A stretch of DNA of 64,000 bases from an uncultured Chloroflexia bacterium (GTDB lineage: Bacteria > Chloroflexota > Limnocylindria > Limnocylindrales > CSP1-4), in the NCBI GenBank assembly GCA_963816135.1, contig CAWFJD010000019.1, positions 1,397-65,396 of the forward strand, in the 5' to 3' direction. The notes below the pieces were generated by a model that saw only the letters and a list, made by a program, of their open reading frames with translations, searched no databases and was not told the DNA's origin. Position 1 is the stretch's first letter, and every line of letters starts with the position of its first letter. Below are positions 27,842 to 38,147 of this stretch, piece after piece. The position numbers and the translations under genes were made by a program.

Positions 27842-29113
27842 CTAGACCCAGGCCACCCGCCAGATCCGCCAGAGTGCCGTCGGGTCCGATAGCGGGTCCC
27901 CGTGGACCAGCGCGAAGTCGGCAGGTCCGCCCTCGCGGATCACGCCGGCGTCGGCCTCTCCGAGAAGCTCGCCGCCACGCCAGGTCGCCGCGGCGAGTGC
28001 CTCCCAGGGTTCCAGACCGGCGGCGACGAGCGATTCCACTTCCCACGCCAGCTGGTTGGCGCGGGTCGAGCCGCCGCCGAAATCCGTTCCGCAGGCAATG
28101 GCCACGCCCGCCGCGTGCGCCAGACGCACGCTCTCCTGGGCTCGCTCCTCCCGCGCCGCCACGCGCGCCCGTCCCTCGGGCGAGACGAAGCGTTCCACCC
28201 GCGTCGTGGCCCCGAACGTCTTCCATGATCGAAAGACCGAAAGCGTGCTGACGAGAACGGTCCCTCGCCGGGCCATCTCGGCGGCGACCTCCGCGTCCAG
28301 CTCCATCCCGTGCTCGATCGAATCCACGCCCGCGGCCACTCCGACGCGCGCCCCGGCGAGGAACCCGGAGTGGGCCGTCACCTTGACGCCGCGCGAATGG
28401 GCCTCCTCCACGACCGGCTCGAGTTCGGTGCGAGTCCAGGGAGCCACTCCCGGCTCGGGGCCGTCGAGATACAGCTTGAGCAGGTCCGCTCCATCGTCGA
28501 GCTGGCGCCGCGCCGCGGCGAGAAGCTCGTCCGCGTTCGACGCCTGGCTCGATGGCCGGCCGATCCGCGTCCCTTCCTTGTCGAGCCACGTCCCGGCGGC
28601 CCGAACGTACGGAAAGCCCGCCCGGCCGCGCCAGCGGTCGCGGACTCCCAGATTGAGTGCCCGCTCCCGCCCGTCGACCGGGTCGATCCCGATCGACGCG
28701 CCAACGTCGCGGGCCCACCGGACGCCGGCCGAGGTCATGAGCCGGCCGTTGTGTTCGGCGACAGCGACCAGGGTCGCGGGCGAGTCCGCCACGCGGTCGA
28801 TCCAGTGCGCGCCGCCCGGAAGCGTCAGGTGCGAATGGCAATCCACCATGCCGGGCACGAACGTGCAGCCGCTGGCGTCGACGACTTCGATCGAACCTTC
28901 GGCCCGGCGCCCGCCTTCGGCCGCCTGCGCGCCCGGGCTTTCGGAGGCCGGCCGGCGTTCGGAATCGGCCTCGCCGTCGTCAGGCAGCGGTCCTTCGTCG
29001 TCGCTCGGCCGAATCCAGGCGATCCTGCCATCCACGACGAGGATGCTGACGCCGATACGAAGCCGGTCCGACCGTCCGTCCGCGAACGCCGCGTCCCGGT
29101 ACAGGGTGGCCAT
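27842..29113 (-). CDS. Amidohydrolase family metal-dependent hydrolase
   Basis: PGMVDCHSHL metal motif, VTAHS, SIEHG, CGTDF. Intact 423-aa ORF. Confidence 0.88.
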   Translation of the reverse strand: MATLYRDAAFADGRSDRLRIGVSILVVDGRIAWIRPSDDEGPLPDDGEADSERRPASESPGAQAAEGGRRAEGSIEVVDASGCTFVPGMVDCHSHLTLPGGAHWIDRVADSPATLVAVAEHNGRLMTSAGVRWARDVGASIGIDPVDGRERALNLGVRDRWRGRAGFPYVRAAGTWLDKEGTRIGRPSSQASNADELLAAARRQLDDGADLLKLYLDGPEPGVAPWTRTELEPVVEEAHSRGVKVTAHSGFLAGARVGVAAGVDSIEHGMELDAEVAAEMARRGTVLVSTLSVFRSWKTFGATTRVERFVSPEGRARVAAREERAQESVRLAHAAGVAIACGTDFGGGSTRANQLAWEVESLVAAGLEPWEALAAATWRGGELLGEADAGVIREGGPADFALVHGDPLSDPTALWRIWRVAWV

Positions 29114-29164
29114 CGTGGCTCCTCCAGCTGCTGAGCCACGCGGCCACCGAGCCGTGACCGCGCG

Positions 29165-31630
29165 CTACCTCACGAATTGGACGAAATAGCCGGTCATGTC
29201 CAGGACCAGATCGGTGGTGTTGCCCGAGCTCGAAATATAGGTCGCCGAAAGGCTGCCGTTCGATCCCAGTTCCACCGTCAGGCCGTTGCCTTTGACCTCG
29301 CCCGCACTGAAGTTGAGCGTCGAGGTGCCGGGACTCGCCGCCGGCGTGGGACCGATGAAGGCGGCCCACCCCGCGGACTGGTTGACGACCGTCAGGTTGC
29401 CGGTGACGGCCAACGCGTCGGTCGCGAAGCCGCCGAGGGACGCGGCCGCAAACGTTCGAGGCACGCCCGCCGAAAGCTTGCCCGTCAAACCGGTCCCGAC
29501 GCGCGTGTCGAGGAGCCGTGTCGGCGGGACCGGCACGAATACCGCACCCGTCAGGTCAGCCGTGTAGTACCCGGTCACGTCGAGGACGAGATCGGTGGTG
29601 TTGCCCGGCGTGGACATGTACGTGGCCGACAGGCTGCCGTCAGTCGCGAGGCCCACGGTCAAGTTGTTGCCGCTCACCTGATTGGCCGTGAAGTTGACCG
29701 ATGACGTGGCAGGGGTCGCCGACGCCGTGGGGCCAACGAAGACGCCCCAGCCATTGGACGGAGCCACGACTGTCAGGTTTCCGGTGATCGCGACGACGCC
29801 GGCCGGAATGCCGCCCTTGCCACTCACCTGGAAAGTCCGTGGCGTACCGGCGCTCAGTCTGGTCGAGAGACCGGTTGAGGTTCGGGTATCGAGTATTCGT
29901 GTCGGGGCGATCGGGTGATAGGTTGAGCCGGTGTTGTCGGGCGTGAAGTAGCCGGTGACGTCGAAGACGAGATCCGTCGTCTGGCCGGCCGTGGACATGA
30001 AGGTCGCGGACAGGGTTCCGCCGGTCCCAAGCACGACCGTCACTCCGTTGCCGGTCGTCTGTCCCGCCGCGAAGTTGATGGTCGAAGTGGTCGGATTTGC
30101 GACGGCCTGTGGACCCAGGAATACGGCCCACGAATGGCTCGGACTCACGACCGTGACGTTGCCCGTGACGGCGCTGGCGCCGGCCGGCACGCCGCCGCGG
30201 CCGGTCACCTGGAAGGTTCGCGGTGTGTTCGCGACGAGCTTGCCCGACAGGCCGTTGCCCGTTCTCGTGTCGAGGAGTCGCGCGGGAGGCAGGGGATGAT
30301 AAGTCGAGGTGGCCATGCCGACGGAGGTGATGCCCGACATGGTCCCGACCAGGACCTGGTTCTGCCAGAGCGTGGGCGAGACGAAATGGGGCACCGGTCC
30401 GACGGCAATGGAGCCGAGCGTCGCGCCCGTGGACTGGTCGAGGGCGAACAGACGGCCGGTGCTCGTGTTGACACTCCAAACGGCGCCGCCACCGACGACC
30501 GGTGACGATCCCGCGGCGGTGCTGGTCCAGCCCGTCGTCAGGGCGCCGGTTCCGGCGTCGACGGTTACTTCACGGATCGAGCCGGTGCACGGCACGTAGA
30601 TCGTGTTGCCGCTCTGGGCCATCCCGCCAAAGCCCGCGCAAACCGGCGCCGAGGCCACCTGGCCGCCGATCCCACCGAGTGCGCCGGCCTTGAGGACATA
30701 GCCCGTGCCGCTCTTGCCGGAGATGAATACCCAGCCGCCGGGCACCAGGGCAGGGCTGATCGACCCGAGGTCCAGGTCGCTCGCGTTGTCGGCTGCCCAC
30801 GAGGACGGGGCGAATAGGCTCAGCTGCGCCAGGGTGGGCGACAGCTCGATCACCGAGTCGCTGCCGTCGTAGGTCGTGGTCGAGGCGCCGTTGCCGACGG
30901 AGACGTACAGATTGCCGGAGCCGTCGATGACGGGGCCGCCCGTGGCCCAGATGGCGCCCTCGCGAGTGGTCGGGACGCGATACGAGATCGTCGCGCCCGT
31001 GCCTGTGGCGGGAACGCCGATCACTTCGCCGACGTACTGGCCGCAGTCGCCGGCCAGACCGCCGAGGCCGACGTAGACGAAACCGTTCGCCACGGCGAGG
31101 GCCGGCCGCTGCTGATGCGTCTTAGGGTCGTCGCCCGCGAGGTCGATGTTGCGCGACCAGCGGATCGCCCCCGTCGCCGGATCGAGGGCGAAGAGGATGT
31201 GCTGAGGCCCGGTGACCTCCGCGACCGCGAAGATCGAGTCCGTCACGGGGTCGAAGGCCGGCGTGCCCGTGATGCCCAGCGGATCGATGCCCCCGCATGG
31301 CAATGTGGAGAGGGGGACCGGGGTGCCCAGGTTCTTCCGCCATTGGACCGCGCCGTTTGCGGGGTTTATGGCGTAGACGCTATCGCCCTCCGTGGCCGCG
31401 ATCACCGAACCGTTGACGACCAGAGGTTCGGCGTAGACGGCTCCGTCGAGGACCGCCGACCAGCCGGTCGAGAGCGTGCCGTTGACAGTCGGGAAAGCCG
31501 CGTCCAGGCCGGTCCTGCCCGGGTTCTGGTGATACACGGGCCACTCCGCGATTGCCGCTCCGGCGTTCGCACGCGGCGTGGAGACGACCACGGAGCCTAG
31601 GGCAAGGAACCCGGCGATGACGAAAGCCAT
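29165..31630 (-). CDS. Secreted PQQ-like beta-propeller protein with the same 3x ~125-aa C-terminal module cassette as 6589..10971
   Basis: Start at M120 of ORF 29165..31987 (MAFVIAGFLALGSVVVSTPRANA signal). PQQ-type repeats (AVYAEPLVVNGSVI, GAVQWR, GAIRWS). Three modules STYHPLPPARLLDTR.., STYHPIAPTRILDTR.., AVFVPVPPTRLLDTR.. Confidence 0.88.
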   Translation of the reverse strand: MAFVIAGFLALGSVVVSTPRANAGAAIAEWPVYHQNPGRTGLDAAFPTVNGTLSTGWSAVLDGAVYAEPLVVNGSVIAATEGDSVYAINPANGAVQWRKNLGTPVPLSTLPCGGIDPLGITGTPAFDPVTDSIFAVAEVTGPQHILFALDPATGAIRWSRNIDLAGDDPKTHQQRPALAVANGFVYVGLGGLAGDCGQYVGEVIGVPATGTGATISYRVPTTREGAIWATGGPVIDGSGNLYVSVGNGASTTTYDGSDSVIELSPTLAQLSLFAPSSWAADNASDLDLGSISPALVPGGWVFISGKSGTGYVLKAGALGGIGGQVASAPVCAGFGGMAQSGNTIYVPCTGSIREVTVDAGTGALTTGWTSTAAGSSPVVGGGAVWSVNTSTGRLFALDQSTGATLGSIAVGPVPHFVSPTLWQNQVLVGTMSGITSVGMATSTYHPLPPARLLDTRTGNGLSGKLVANTPRTFQVTGRGGVPAGASAVTGNVTVVSPSHSWAVFLGPQAVANPTTSTINFAAGQTTGNGVTVVLGTGGTLSATFMSTAGQTTDLVFDVTGYFTPDNTGSTYHPIAPTRILDTRTSTGLSTRLSAGTPRTFQVSGKGGIPAGVVAITGNLTVVAPSNGWGVFVGPTASATPATSSVNFTANQVSGNNLTVGLATDGSLSATYMSTPGNTTDLVLDVTGYYTADLTGAVFVPVPPTRLLDTRVGTGLTGKLSAGVPRTFAAASLGGFATDALAVTGNLTVVNQSAGWAAFIGPTPAASPGTSTLNFSAGEVKGNGLTVELGSNGSLSATYISSSGNTTDLVLDMTGYFVQFVR

Positions 31631-31821
31631 CGGCCTGGCGAGGGGTGGCCGGTTGCGTGCGGACCTCCCTGATGCAGATAGATAGGGCCACGTCACACCG
31701 TCCTTCCCGTCTTCCCGCGAGGGTCGACCTGCGTCCGGGGGCATGCTACGGGCGCGCTGGAAGACCGCTGCGTTCCGCTGCCCGGGTCCCGGATGGTGGA
31801 CCAGGCGGTCGAAGGCAGGAT

Positions 31822-32763
31822 CTAGCGGATCGCCTGGAGCCTGGCGAGGAGCGCCGCGCCCGATGTCGTGTCGTCGGTTCTGACTCGAGGCGTTTCCAGG
31901 CGCGTGCGCCAGCTCTCGGTTGGGCCGGCGAACGTGGTGACGGCGATCTGGATGCCCGCACACTGGCCCGCCGCGGCGACTACCCACGGCTCGACGCCCG
32001 ACTTGGGGTACGAGAGCGAGACCGGCCGGTGGCCGATGATTCGGGCGAGCGCCGTGGAGGCTCCGTCTATCTCGGCTGCGGCATGGTCGAAGTCGAGGGT
32101 CGTCAACTTGACATGGGTCATCGTGTGGTTGCCGATCTCGTTGCCCGCGGCCTGGAGGGCGAGCAGCTGGCGTTTGGAGAGGAAGTCGCCCACGCCGATC
32201 CGGCTCGTGATCACGAAGAAGGTGGCGTTGTAGCCGTAGTCGCGCATCATCGGGAAGGCATGCGTGTAACCGTCGTTCCAGCCATCGTCGATCGTGATGG
32301 CGAAGGTCCGCGGCGGCACCGGCGCGCCTGATCGCATCGCCCTCGCGAGCTGCTCGAGGGTGATCGTCCGCCAGCCGGCTCCATGGAGCTCGCGAAGTTG
32401 TGCCCGGAAGAGATCCGGGGCCGTGACCATCGACGGCAGGGAATCGCCAGCCTCAGCTGGAGGGACGATGCGGTGATACATCAGGATCGGGACGTGGTAG
32501 GCGACGTCCGGAACGGCCGAAGGAACGGGCGCAGCCGGGGCGACAACCACCGCGGGCGCGAGGATTGCCGGCGTCGCGGCGGCCGCGGCCAACCGGGCGG
32601 TCGGATGCGGCCGGGCCGTCCCGGGAAGCGTCGCCTCTGAATGCGCCACTCCCAGATTCGTGGCCAACCCTGAATGCTGGGTAGTCGTCGCGCCGAGTGT
32701 CGCGGCTGCCAGCGCCAGCGCGCACACGCAGACACCCAGCAACGCGACAGGGCTCCCTCTCAT
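31822..32763 (-). CDS. Polysaccharide deacetylase (NodB homology) family protein, secreted
   Basis: Signal peptide. PILMYHRI, TIDDGWNDGY, GNHTMTH motifs. Confidence 0.88.
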   Translation of the reverse strand: MRGSPVALLGVCVCALALAAATLGATTTQHSGLATNLGVAHSEATLPGTARPHPTARLAAAAATPAILAPAVVVAPAAPVPSAVPDVAYHVPILMYHRIVPPAEAGDSLPSMVTAPDLFRAQLRELHGAGWRTITLEQLARAMRSGAPVPPRTFAITIDDGWNDGYTHAFPMMRDYGYNATFFVITSRIGVGDFLSKRQLLALQAAGNEIGNHTMTHVKLTTLDFDHAAAEIDGASTALARIIGHRPVSLSYPKSGVEPWVVAAAGQCAGIQIAVTTFAGPTESWRTRLETPRVRTDDTTSGAALLARLQAIR

Positions 32764-32821
32764 TACCCTCGTGCTCCATCTCTGCGGTCGGAAGGCGGTG
32801 ACGGCCGCCTTCGCGACGTGT

Positions 32822-33900
32822 CTAGTTCGACTTGTCGAGCTTTACCACGGAACCTGTTGCCGATGAACGCCGGGCCGCCTCGAGGACGTCGAGGGCGAGC
32901 ACCGAATCATTAGGGTCTACGGGCATCGGAGCGCCATCCCTCAGAGCGGCCCCCAGACCGGAGTAGAAGTCCTGGTATCGACCTCGCTCCGTGCGTACCG
33001 GATGCGTGTCGCCTTCCGGGCCGAGCAATCCCCAGTGGTCCGGATCGTCCTCGCCCCAGCCTTCCGCGTCGGGGCGGCCACCGGCCGCCAGGGCATCCTC
33101 CTGGATGTCCAGCCCGTACTTCGTGTAGCCGGCTTTGTCGCCCAGGACCCGCATTCGGGGGCCGAGCTGGGCCGCGGTCGCGCTCATGAAAAGATGCGAG
33201 CGCGTGCCGGAGGCGTGGGTCAGGGCCACGAACGAGTCGTCGTCCACCTGCGCTTCCGCCCGGCGAGTGTCGATTTCGCCGTACACGTGCGTCGCCGGCC
33301 CGAACAGCTGCAGCGCCTGGTCCACGAGATGAGCGCCGAGGTCGAAGAGTTGGCCGCCGGCGTCTTCGGGCGACGGGTGCTCCCGCCACCCCGGATTGAT
33401 CTCCGGCCGCCAGCGCTCGAAACGGGACTCGAAGCGCAGCACGCGGCCCAGCGCGCCTTCTGCCATGAGCTTCTTGACGGTCAGGTAGTCGCCGTCCCAG
33501 CGGCGATTCTGGAAGACGGTCAAAGCCACGCCCTGGCGGGCGGCCTCCTCGATGAGGTTCCGTCCTTCCGCTGCCGTCGGCGCGAGCGGCTTGTCCACGA
33601 CCGATGGCCAGGTGGTGCTGGATCGCGGCCAGGGCCATGGGCAGGTGGAAGCGATTTGGCGTGGCCACCACGACGACGTCCAGGTTCGCCGCGTCTTCGA
33701 AGAACCGCTCGGGGCTGTCGAACAGACGCGCCCCCGGATGTTCCCGACGTGCGATCGCCTGCCGCTCGGGATTGGCCGTCAGGATGGCCGCCAGTTCGAG
33801 TCCGGGAACCGCCTTCGATCAACGGTCCGTGGAAGACGTGTCCGGCCAAACCGTAGCCGAGCAGGCCCACTCGTACCGGCGACGTCGAGCTCACTGTCAC
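32822..33900 (-). pseudogene. Gfo/Idh/MocA family oxidoreductase, two apparent +1 frameshifts near 33813 and 33601
   Basis: Rossmann N-terminus VRVGLLGYGLAGHVFHGPLIE (ORF 33520..33969). The middle segment AVPGLELAAILTANPERQ..VVVATPNRFHLPMALAAIQ is in the 32910..33671 frame. The C-terminal 258 aa are ORF 32822..33598. Confidence 0.85.
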
Positions 33901-34034
33901 TCCAAAATCGCGGCTGGATTGCGTCGTGGGGAGCATAGCCCGCCGACCGCGGCTTCTTCTCGAATACACTCACGCCGATGCGCATGGCGCACGGACAAAC
34001 GAGTCGCGCGGACCTTCGCCGGCCAGGAGGGTAG

Positions 34035-35329
34035 ATGTTCCGCTTCAGCAACCATCCCGCCGCCATAACCGTGACCGAAGGCGTCCGAGATGCCTGGGCG
34101 TACATGCACGCCACCTGGCGGCGCTGGCTGCCAGTACTCCTCGTCGTCGTCGTGATAGACGCAGCCGCCGCGACCTATCTCGCCACGAACCTTGACGAGA
34201 TCGTTCACGTGAACCAGTACAACGGCCGTGTCATCTGGGGGTCCAATGCCGGCAGCGCCGCGGTGGCACTCATCGTCCTGTCGATACTCGAGATCGTCGT
34301 CACCTTCGTGGCCAGTTGCTACTTCTGGGGCCTCGCGATCGTGGGCCTCCGGCGGACGCCCCTCACGCTGGATTGGCTCGTTGCCCGCGGCGTTCTGGTT
34401 CTGGCATCGGCGCTTGCTTTTGGGGTTTGTCGTCGCTCGCGGCCTTCCTGGCTTTCGTCGTCCTGGTGGTGGCCTCGCCTCCGATCGGCATCATCCTGTT
34501 CATTGCGGCCGTGATCGTCGCCGTGTACGCGGCCATGCGCCTCAGCTTCGGCAGCCTGGCGATCTTCGACGGCGCGGGGCCGATCGAGGGCCTCCGACGG
34601 AGCTGGTCGATCAGCCAGGGGGCGGTCCTGCGGATCTTCGGCTGGTACCTGATGGCATCTCTGATCAGCCTGGGGATTGCGCTCGTGAGCAGCATCGTTT
34701 CCCTGCCGTTCGCCGCCGGCCGATTCACGTTTGGGGCGCAGCTGATCTCCTCGCTCGGATCCGGGCTGGCGACGGTGCTGCTGGCCTTCATGGTCGCGGT
34801 GCTCTACGAGAGCCAGCGCGCGCGGAAGATACCCGGCCTCTATCCGGTCGATCCCAGGTGGCTCGCCGCGCAGGGCTATGGGCCCGGCCCTGGAGCGATG
34901 GGGTCCTCCTCCTGGCTGGGCGAGCACCCGGTGCGTATCCTCCCCCGGCGTGGGGGCCGCCTCCTGCTTGGGGACCGCCTCCGTTGGGGACCGCCGCCCG
35001 GCGCGTATCCACCCGGTGCGTACCCGCCTGGTTCGTACCCGCCCGGCCCCCCGGCTGGGCCGGCCGGCTACCCACCGACGGCCTTCCCTCCCGGCCCATA
35101 TCCACCGGGACCTGGTGCGTTTCCGCCCGGAGCGCCCGCTCCCTACCCGCCGGCCTATCCGCCTTCGGCCTATCCGCCTTCGGCATTTCCGCCCGCCTCG
35201 TACCCGCCTGGCCCGGCACAGGAGAACCCACCGGCCGGGCCGGAAGTGGGTTTCCCGCCGACCGACGCCTCCGGTTCGAGCGGATCCGGGGACGCTCCGC
35301 AAGACCCTGACACGACGCCGGAACGCTAG
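34035..35329 (+). pseudogene. Integral membrane protein with Pro/Gly/Tyr-rich C-terminal tail. One apparent -1 frameshift (near 34425) and three apparent +1 (about 34895, 34915, 34990).
   Basis: ORF 34035..34514 (TM helices) joins ORF 34316..35329 (..SLAAFLAFVVLVV..RLSFGSLAIFDG..). Tail pieces WGPPPGWA / APGAYPPPAWGPPPAWGPPPLG / PPPGAYPPGAYPPGSYPPG lie in three rotating frames. No family recognised. Confidence 0.65.
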
Positions 35330-35428
35330 GGAGGCTCGGGCTCGGGAACGGGTCGCGGTCATCCGAGCCTCGATGCGCGCCGGGCTCGACAATTCGGCTG
35401 CCCAGTACCGCGACGAGGGTCAGCGCCG

Positions 35429-35707
35429 ATGTGCCGATCGATCCACACACTCCACAACTTCGCGCCGCCCACCACCGCGGACGAGATCGAAGCGGCCTCG
35501 CTCCAGTACGTCCGCAAGATCAGCGGCATGACTCGGCCCTCCACGGCAAACCAGGCCGCGTTCGACCGGGCCGTGGAATCGGTGTCGGCGGCGACGCGCC
35601 AGTTGCTGGCCGGCCTGGTTTCGACGTCCCCGCCGCACGATAGGGAAGTGGAACGGGTTCGCGCCCGAGCTCGGTTGGAGCGTCGCCAGGCGACTGCCGT
35701 CCGCTGA
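35429..35707 (+). CDS. DUF2277 domain-containing protein
   Basis: MCRSIHTLHNFAPPTTADEIEAASLQYVRKISG.. matches my recollection of the DUF2277 N-terminus. Confidence 0.8.
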   Translation: MCRSIHTLHNFAPPTTADEIEAASLQYVRKISGMTRPSTANQAAFDRAVESVSAATRQLLAGLVSTSPPHDREVERVRARARLERRQATAVR

Positions 35708-35744
35708 CCCTTCGTTCCCTCGACCGGATCAGGCCGACGCCTGA

Positions 35745-35758
35745 TGCAACAAGTTGCA
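35745..35758. promoter_or_regulatory. Palindrome TGCAAC-AA-GTTGCA upstream of the Ni/Co permease (possible Fur/Nur-type or other metalloregulator site)
   Basis: Perfect 6-2-6 inverted repeat about 100 nt upstream of the ATG at 35856. It resembles the TTGCAA-containing Nur-box half-sites, but with different spacing. Confidence 0.3.
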
Positions 35759-35855
35759 ATTAGGCGGGGCGAATCGGGATTTTGGGGCATCATTGCGACT
35801 CGTCCCAGAGCCCTCGGCGCATCGAGCGCCTGATCCGTTTCGGTACGAGGTAGCA

Positions 35856-36926
35856 ATGCTTTCAACCGCCCGGAGACTCTTCGGCACCTCGCCCGAGCTC
35901 CGACGCAGAATCGTCCGTCTCTACGCGTTCCTGGTCGCGTTCAACGTGGTCGCCTGGGGCCTCGTACTCGTGGCGTCGATTTCGTACCCGATTCTGCTTC
36001 CGACGGCCCTGCTGGCCTACAGCTTCGGCCTGCGCCACGCGGTCGACGCCGACCACATCGCCGCCATCGACAACTCGACGCGCAAGCTGATGCAGGACGG
36101 CAAGCGGCCGGTGGCCGTGGGGCTGTTCTTCTCGCTCGGGCATTCGACCATCGTCGTCGCGCTCTCGGTCCTGATCGCCGCTTCGGCCGCCTTCATCAGC
36201 GACGTCCAGAACGGCACCTTGAGGTCGATCGGCGGAATCGTCGGGACGATCGGTTTCGGCGTCGTTCCTGCTCCTGATCGGCTTGATCAATCTGGTCGTG
36301 CTGTTCGACATCTACCGGATGTTCCGAAAGGTCTCCGCGGGCGGCACGTACGACGAGGAGTCGCTCGAGGACTACCTGTCGAGCCGCGGCCTGCTGGCCC
36401 GACTTTCCGCCCGGCGCTCAAGTCGATCCGCGAGAGCTGGCACATGTACCCGCTCGGCGTCCTGTTCGGGCTCGGTTTCGACACGGCCTCGGAGGTCGCG
36501 CTGCTCGGCCTGGCCGCTACGTCCGGCGCGTCGCATCTGCCGATCTGGCTGATCGTCCTGCTGCCGGCCGTCTTCGCCGCGGGCATGTCTCTCGTCGACG
36601 CCACCGACGGGGTTCTGATGCTCGGGGCATACGGCTGGGCCTACATCAAGCCGATCCGGAAGCTCTACTACAACCTGAACATCACGCTCGTGTCGGTGCT
36701 GATCGCGTTCCTCGTCGGCGGGCTCGAGGCGCTCAGCGTCATCGGCTCCGAGCTGGGACTGAGCGGCGGCATCTGGGCGCTGGCCGGCGGCTTGGACATG
36801 GGCATGATCGGCGTCGCGATCGTCGCTCTTCTCGTCGGCAGCTGGCTCATCTCCACGCTGATCTACCGCTGGAAGCGCTACGACGAGCGCGGCCCCTCCA
36901 CCCCGAACAAGGTGCCGACGGCGTAA
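35856..36926 (+). pseudogene. NiCoT (HoxN/HupN/NixA) family nickel/cobalt permease. Compensating +1 (near 36251) and -1 (near 36407) frameshifts.
   Basis: Signature RHAVDADHIAAIDN and LGFDTASE in ORF 35754..36926. The intervening conserved segment (SASFLLLIGLINLVVLFDIYRMFRKV..) is ORF 36283..36552 in another frame. Confidence 0.88.
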
Positions 36927-37096
36927 CACCCGAGGGCGGCCGCGGCCCGACCGCCGGCAGTCGTCGCCGTCCTTCCGCGCCGATCCTTCCGCACCTATCC
37001 TGCCAGACGGCAACCACCGCGACGCTATCCGGGCCGGCGGCCTGGCATCCTGACAAGGGTCAGTGAGGACGACACTCGGCTCGATCTGGCGCTACT

Positions 37097-37935
37097 TCAG
37101 TGGCCCAAAGGTTTAGGCCGCGCTCCGTCACCCGGTCTTGCCTCCGATCTCGACCCTGTGACGGCCCCGCCGGGCCCTTGCGGGCGTTTGGGCGATCGGA
37201 CCCGTGTCATGTTGCGACTGGCTTCTCGCTTAGTGTCGCTGTGATTGGCATCTGACCAGAAAGCCATGCCAGAGGTGGCGACTCGAGGGTTCCGGAGGAA
37301 CGAGTCCAGCGATCGGCCGTCGAGCGCGAAGCGCGCTCGGAGCAGTGCTGCGTGTTCTGCCGCGTGGCGACGATTCGTCCGGGTGTCCGTGACTACCAGC
37401 CAAACGCTCAACAGTTCGGGCGCCCAGCCGCGCTCGACCGCGATCTTTCGGGCAAGTCGTGTCTTTCGGTCCAGCGTTCCGAGCATTTCATTGAAATCGG
37501 CGAACTCGGTCTTGAGTTCCACGAGGAGCAAGTGACGCGTGGCGGCGTGCCAGCCCAGCTGATCGATGAAGCCGCGCTCGCCAAAGATTGAGAACGAGAC
37601 CTCGGGCTCGACCACCCAGCCGCCGCGACCGGACACGAAAGCGGCGAAGCTGTCGGCCAGGAGCGAGTGTCGACGATTCAGCAGGCGCTCCCCATCGCCG
37701 CCCCGCCATCTCCCGAGCAGGCCCACCTGGATGTCAGCCGCGGCGCCGATCGCCCGGATCGTCTCCATCGAGAGGTGGGCGAAGTGTCCGTTCTCCACCA
37801 GCGAAACGGTGGATCGGGCGACGCCGGACGCTACGGCAAGATCTTCCTGGCGAAGTCCGCGGCGCAGCCTGACGGCGCGGATCAGCGCACCGAACTCCGA
37901 TCGTCCATCACCTGAGTCTGGCCCGGGGCACTCAC
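37097..37935 (-). pseudogene. XRE-type HTH protein with C-terminal PD-(D/E)xK-like domain, apparent -1 frameshift near 37893 just after the start
   Basis: ORF 37097..37798 extends upstream without a start through the HTH (LRRGLRQEDLAVASGVARSTVSLVENGH). GTG..ATG (VSAPGQTQVMDDRS) lies in the neighbouring frame. C-terminal motif GERGFIDQL..LLLVELKT. Paralog of 57972..58655. Confidence 0.7.
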
Positions 37936-38147
37936 CCGCGACTTATCGTGGCCCGCCGTCGCCGCCCCGCAGGCCAACGAGGTTGCGCGTAATCGAGCCG
38001 AAAGGAAGCAACGCTCAGGCTCGGCGAGTTCTCAGGTCGGTGGAACCGGCGGTCTCCTCCTGGTGCGTGGCCTCGTCTGGCAGGACGGGGCCACGCGATT
38101 TCCGCGGCCACGGCGCCGCCTGGGGGGACGCCCCTACGCTGGGCCCG

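Noticed and set aside
36950-37010. Short CnTCCTTCCGC-like triple repeat and TGCCAGACGGCA palindrome between the NiCoT and HTH genes, as a counterpart of the 58.8-kb palindrome array.
   Set aside because: There are only about three degenerate 13-bp units and a 4-4-4 palindrome. That is not distinguishable from chance in GC-rich DNA.
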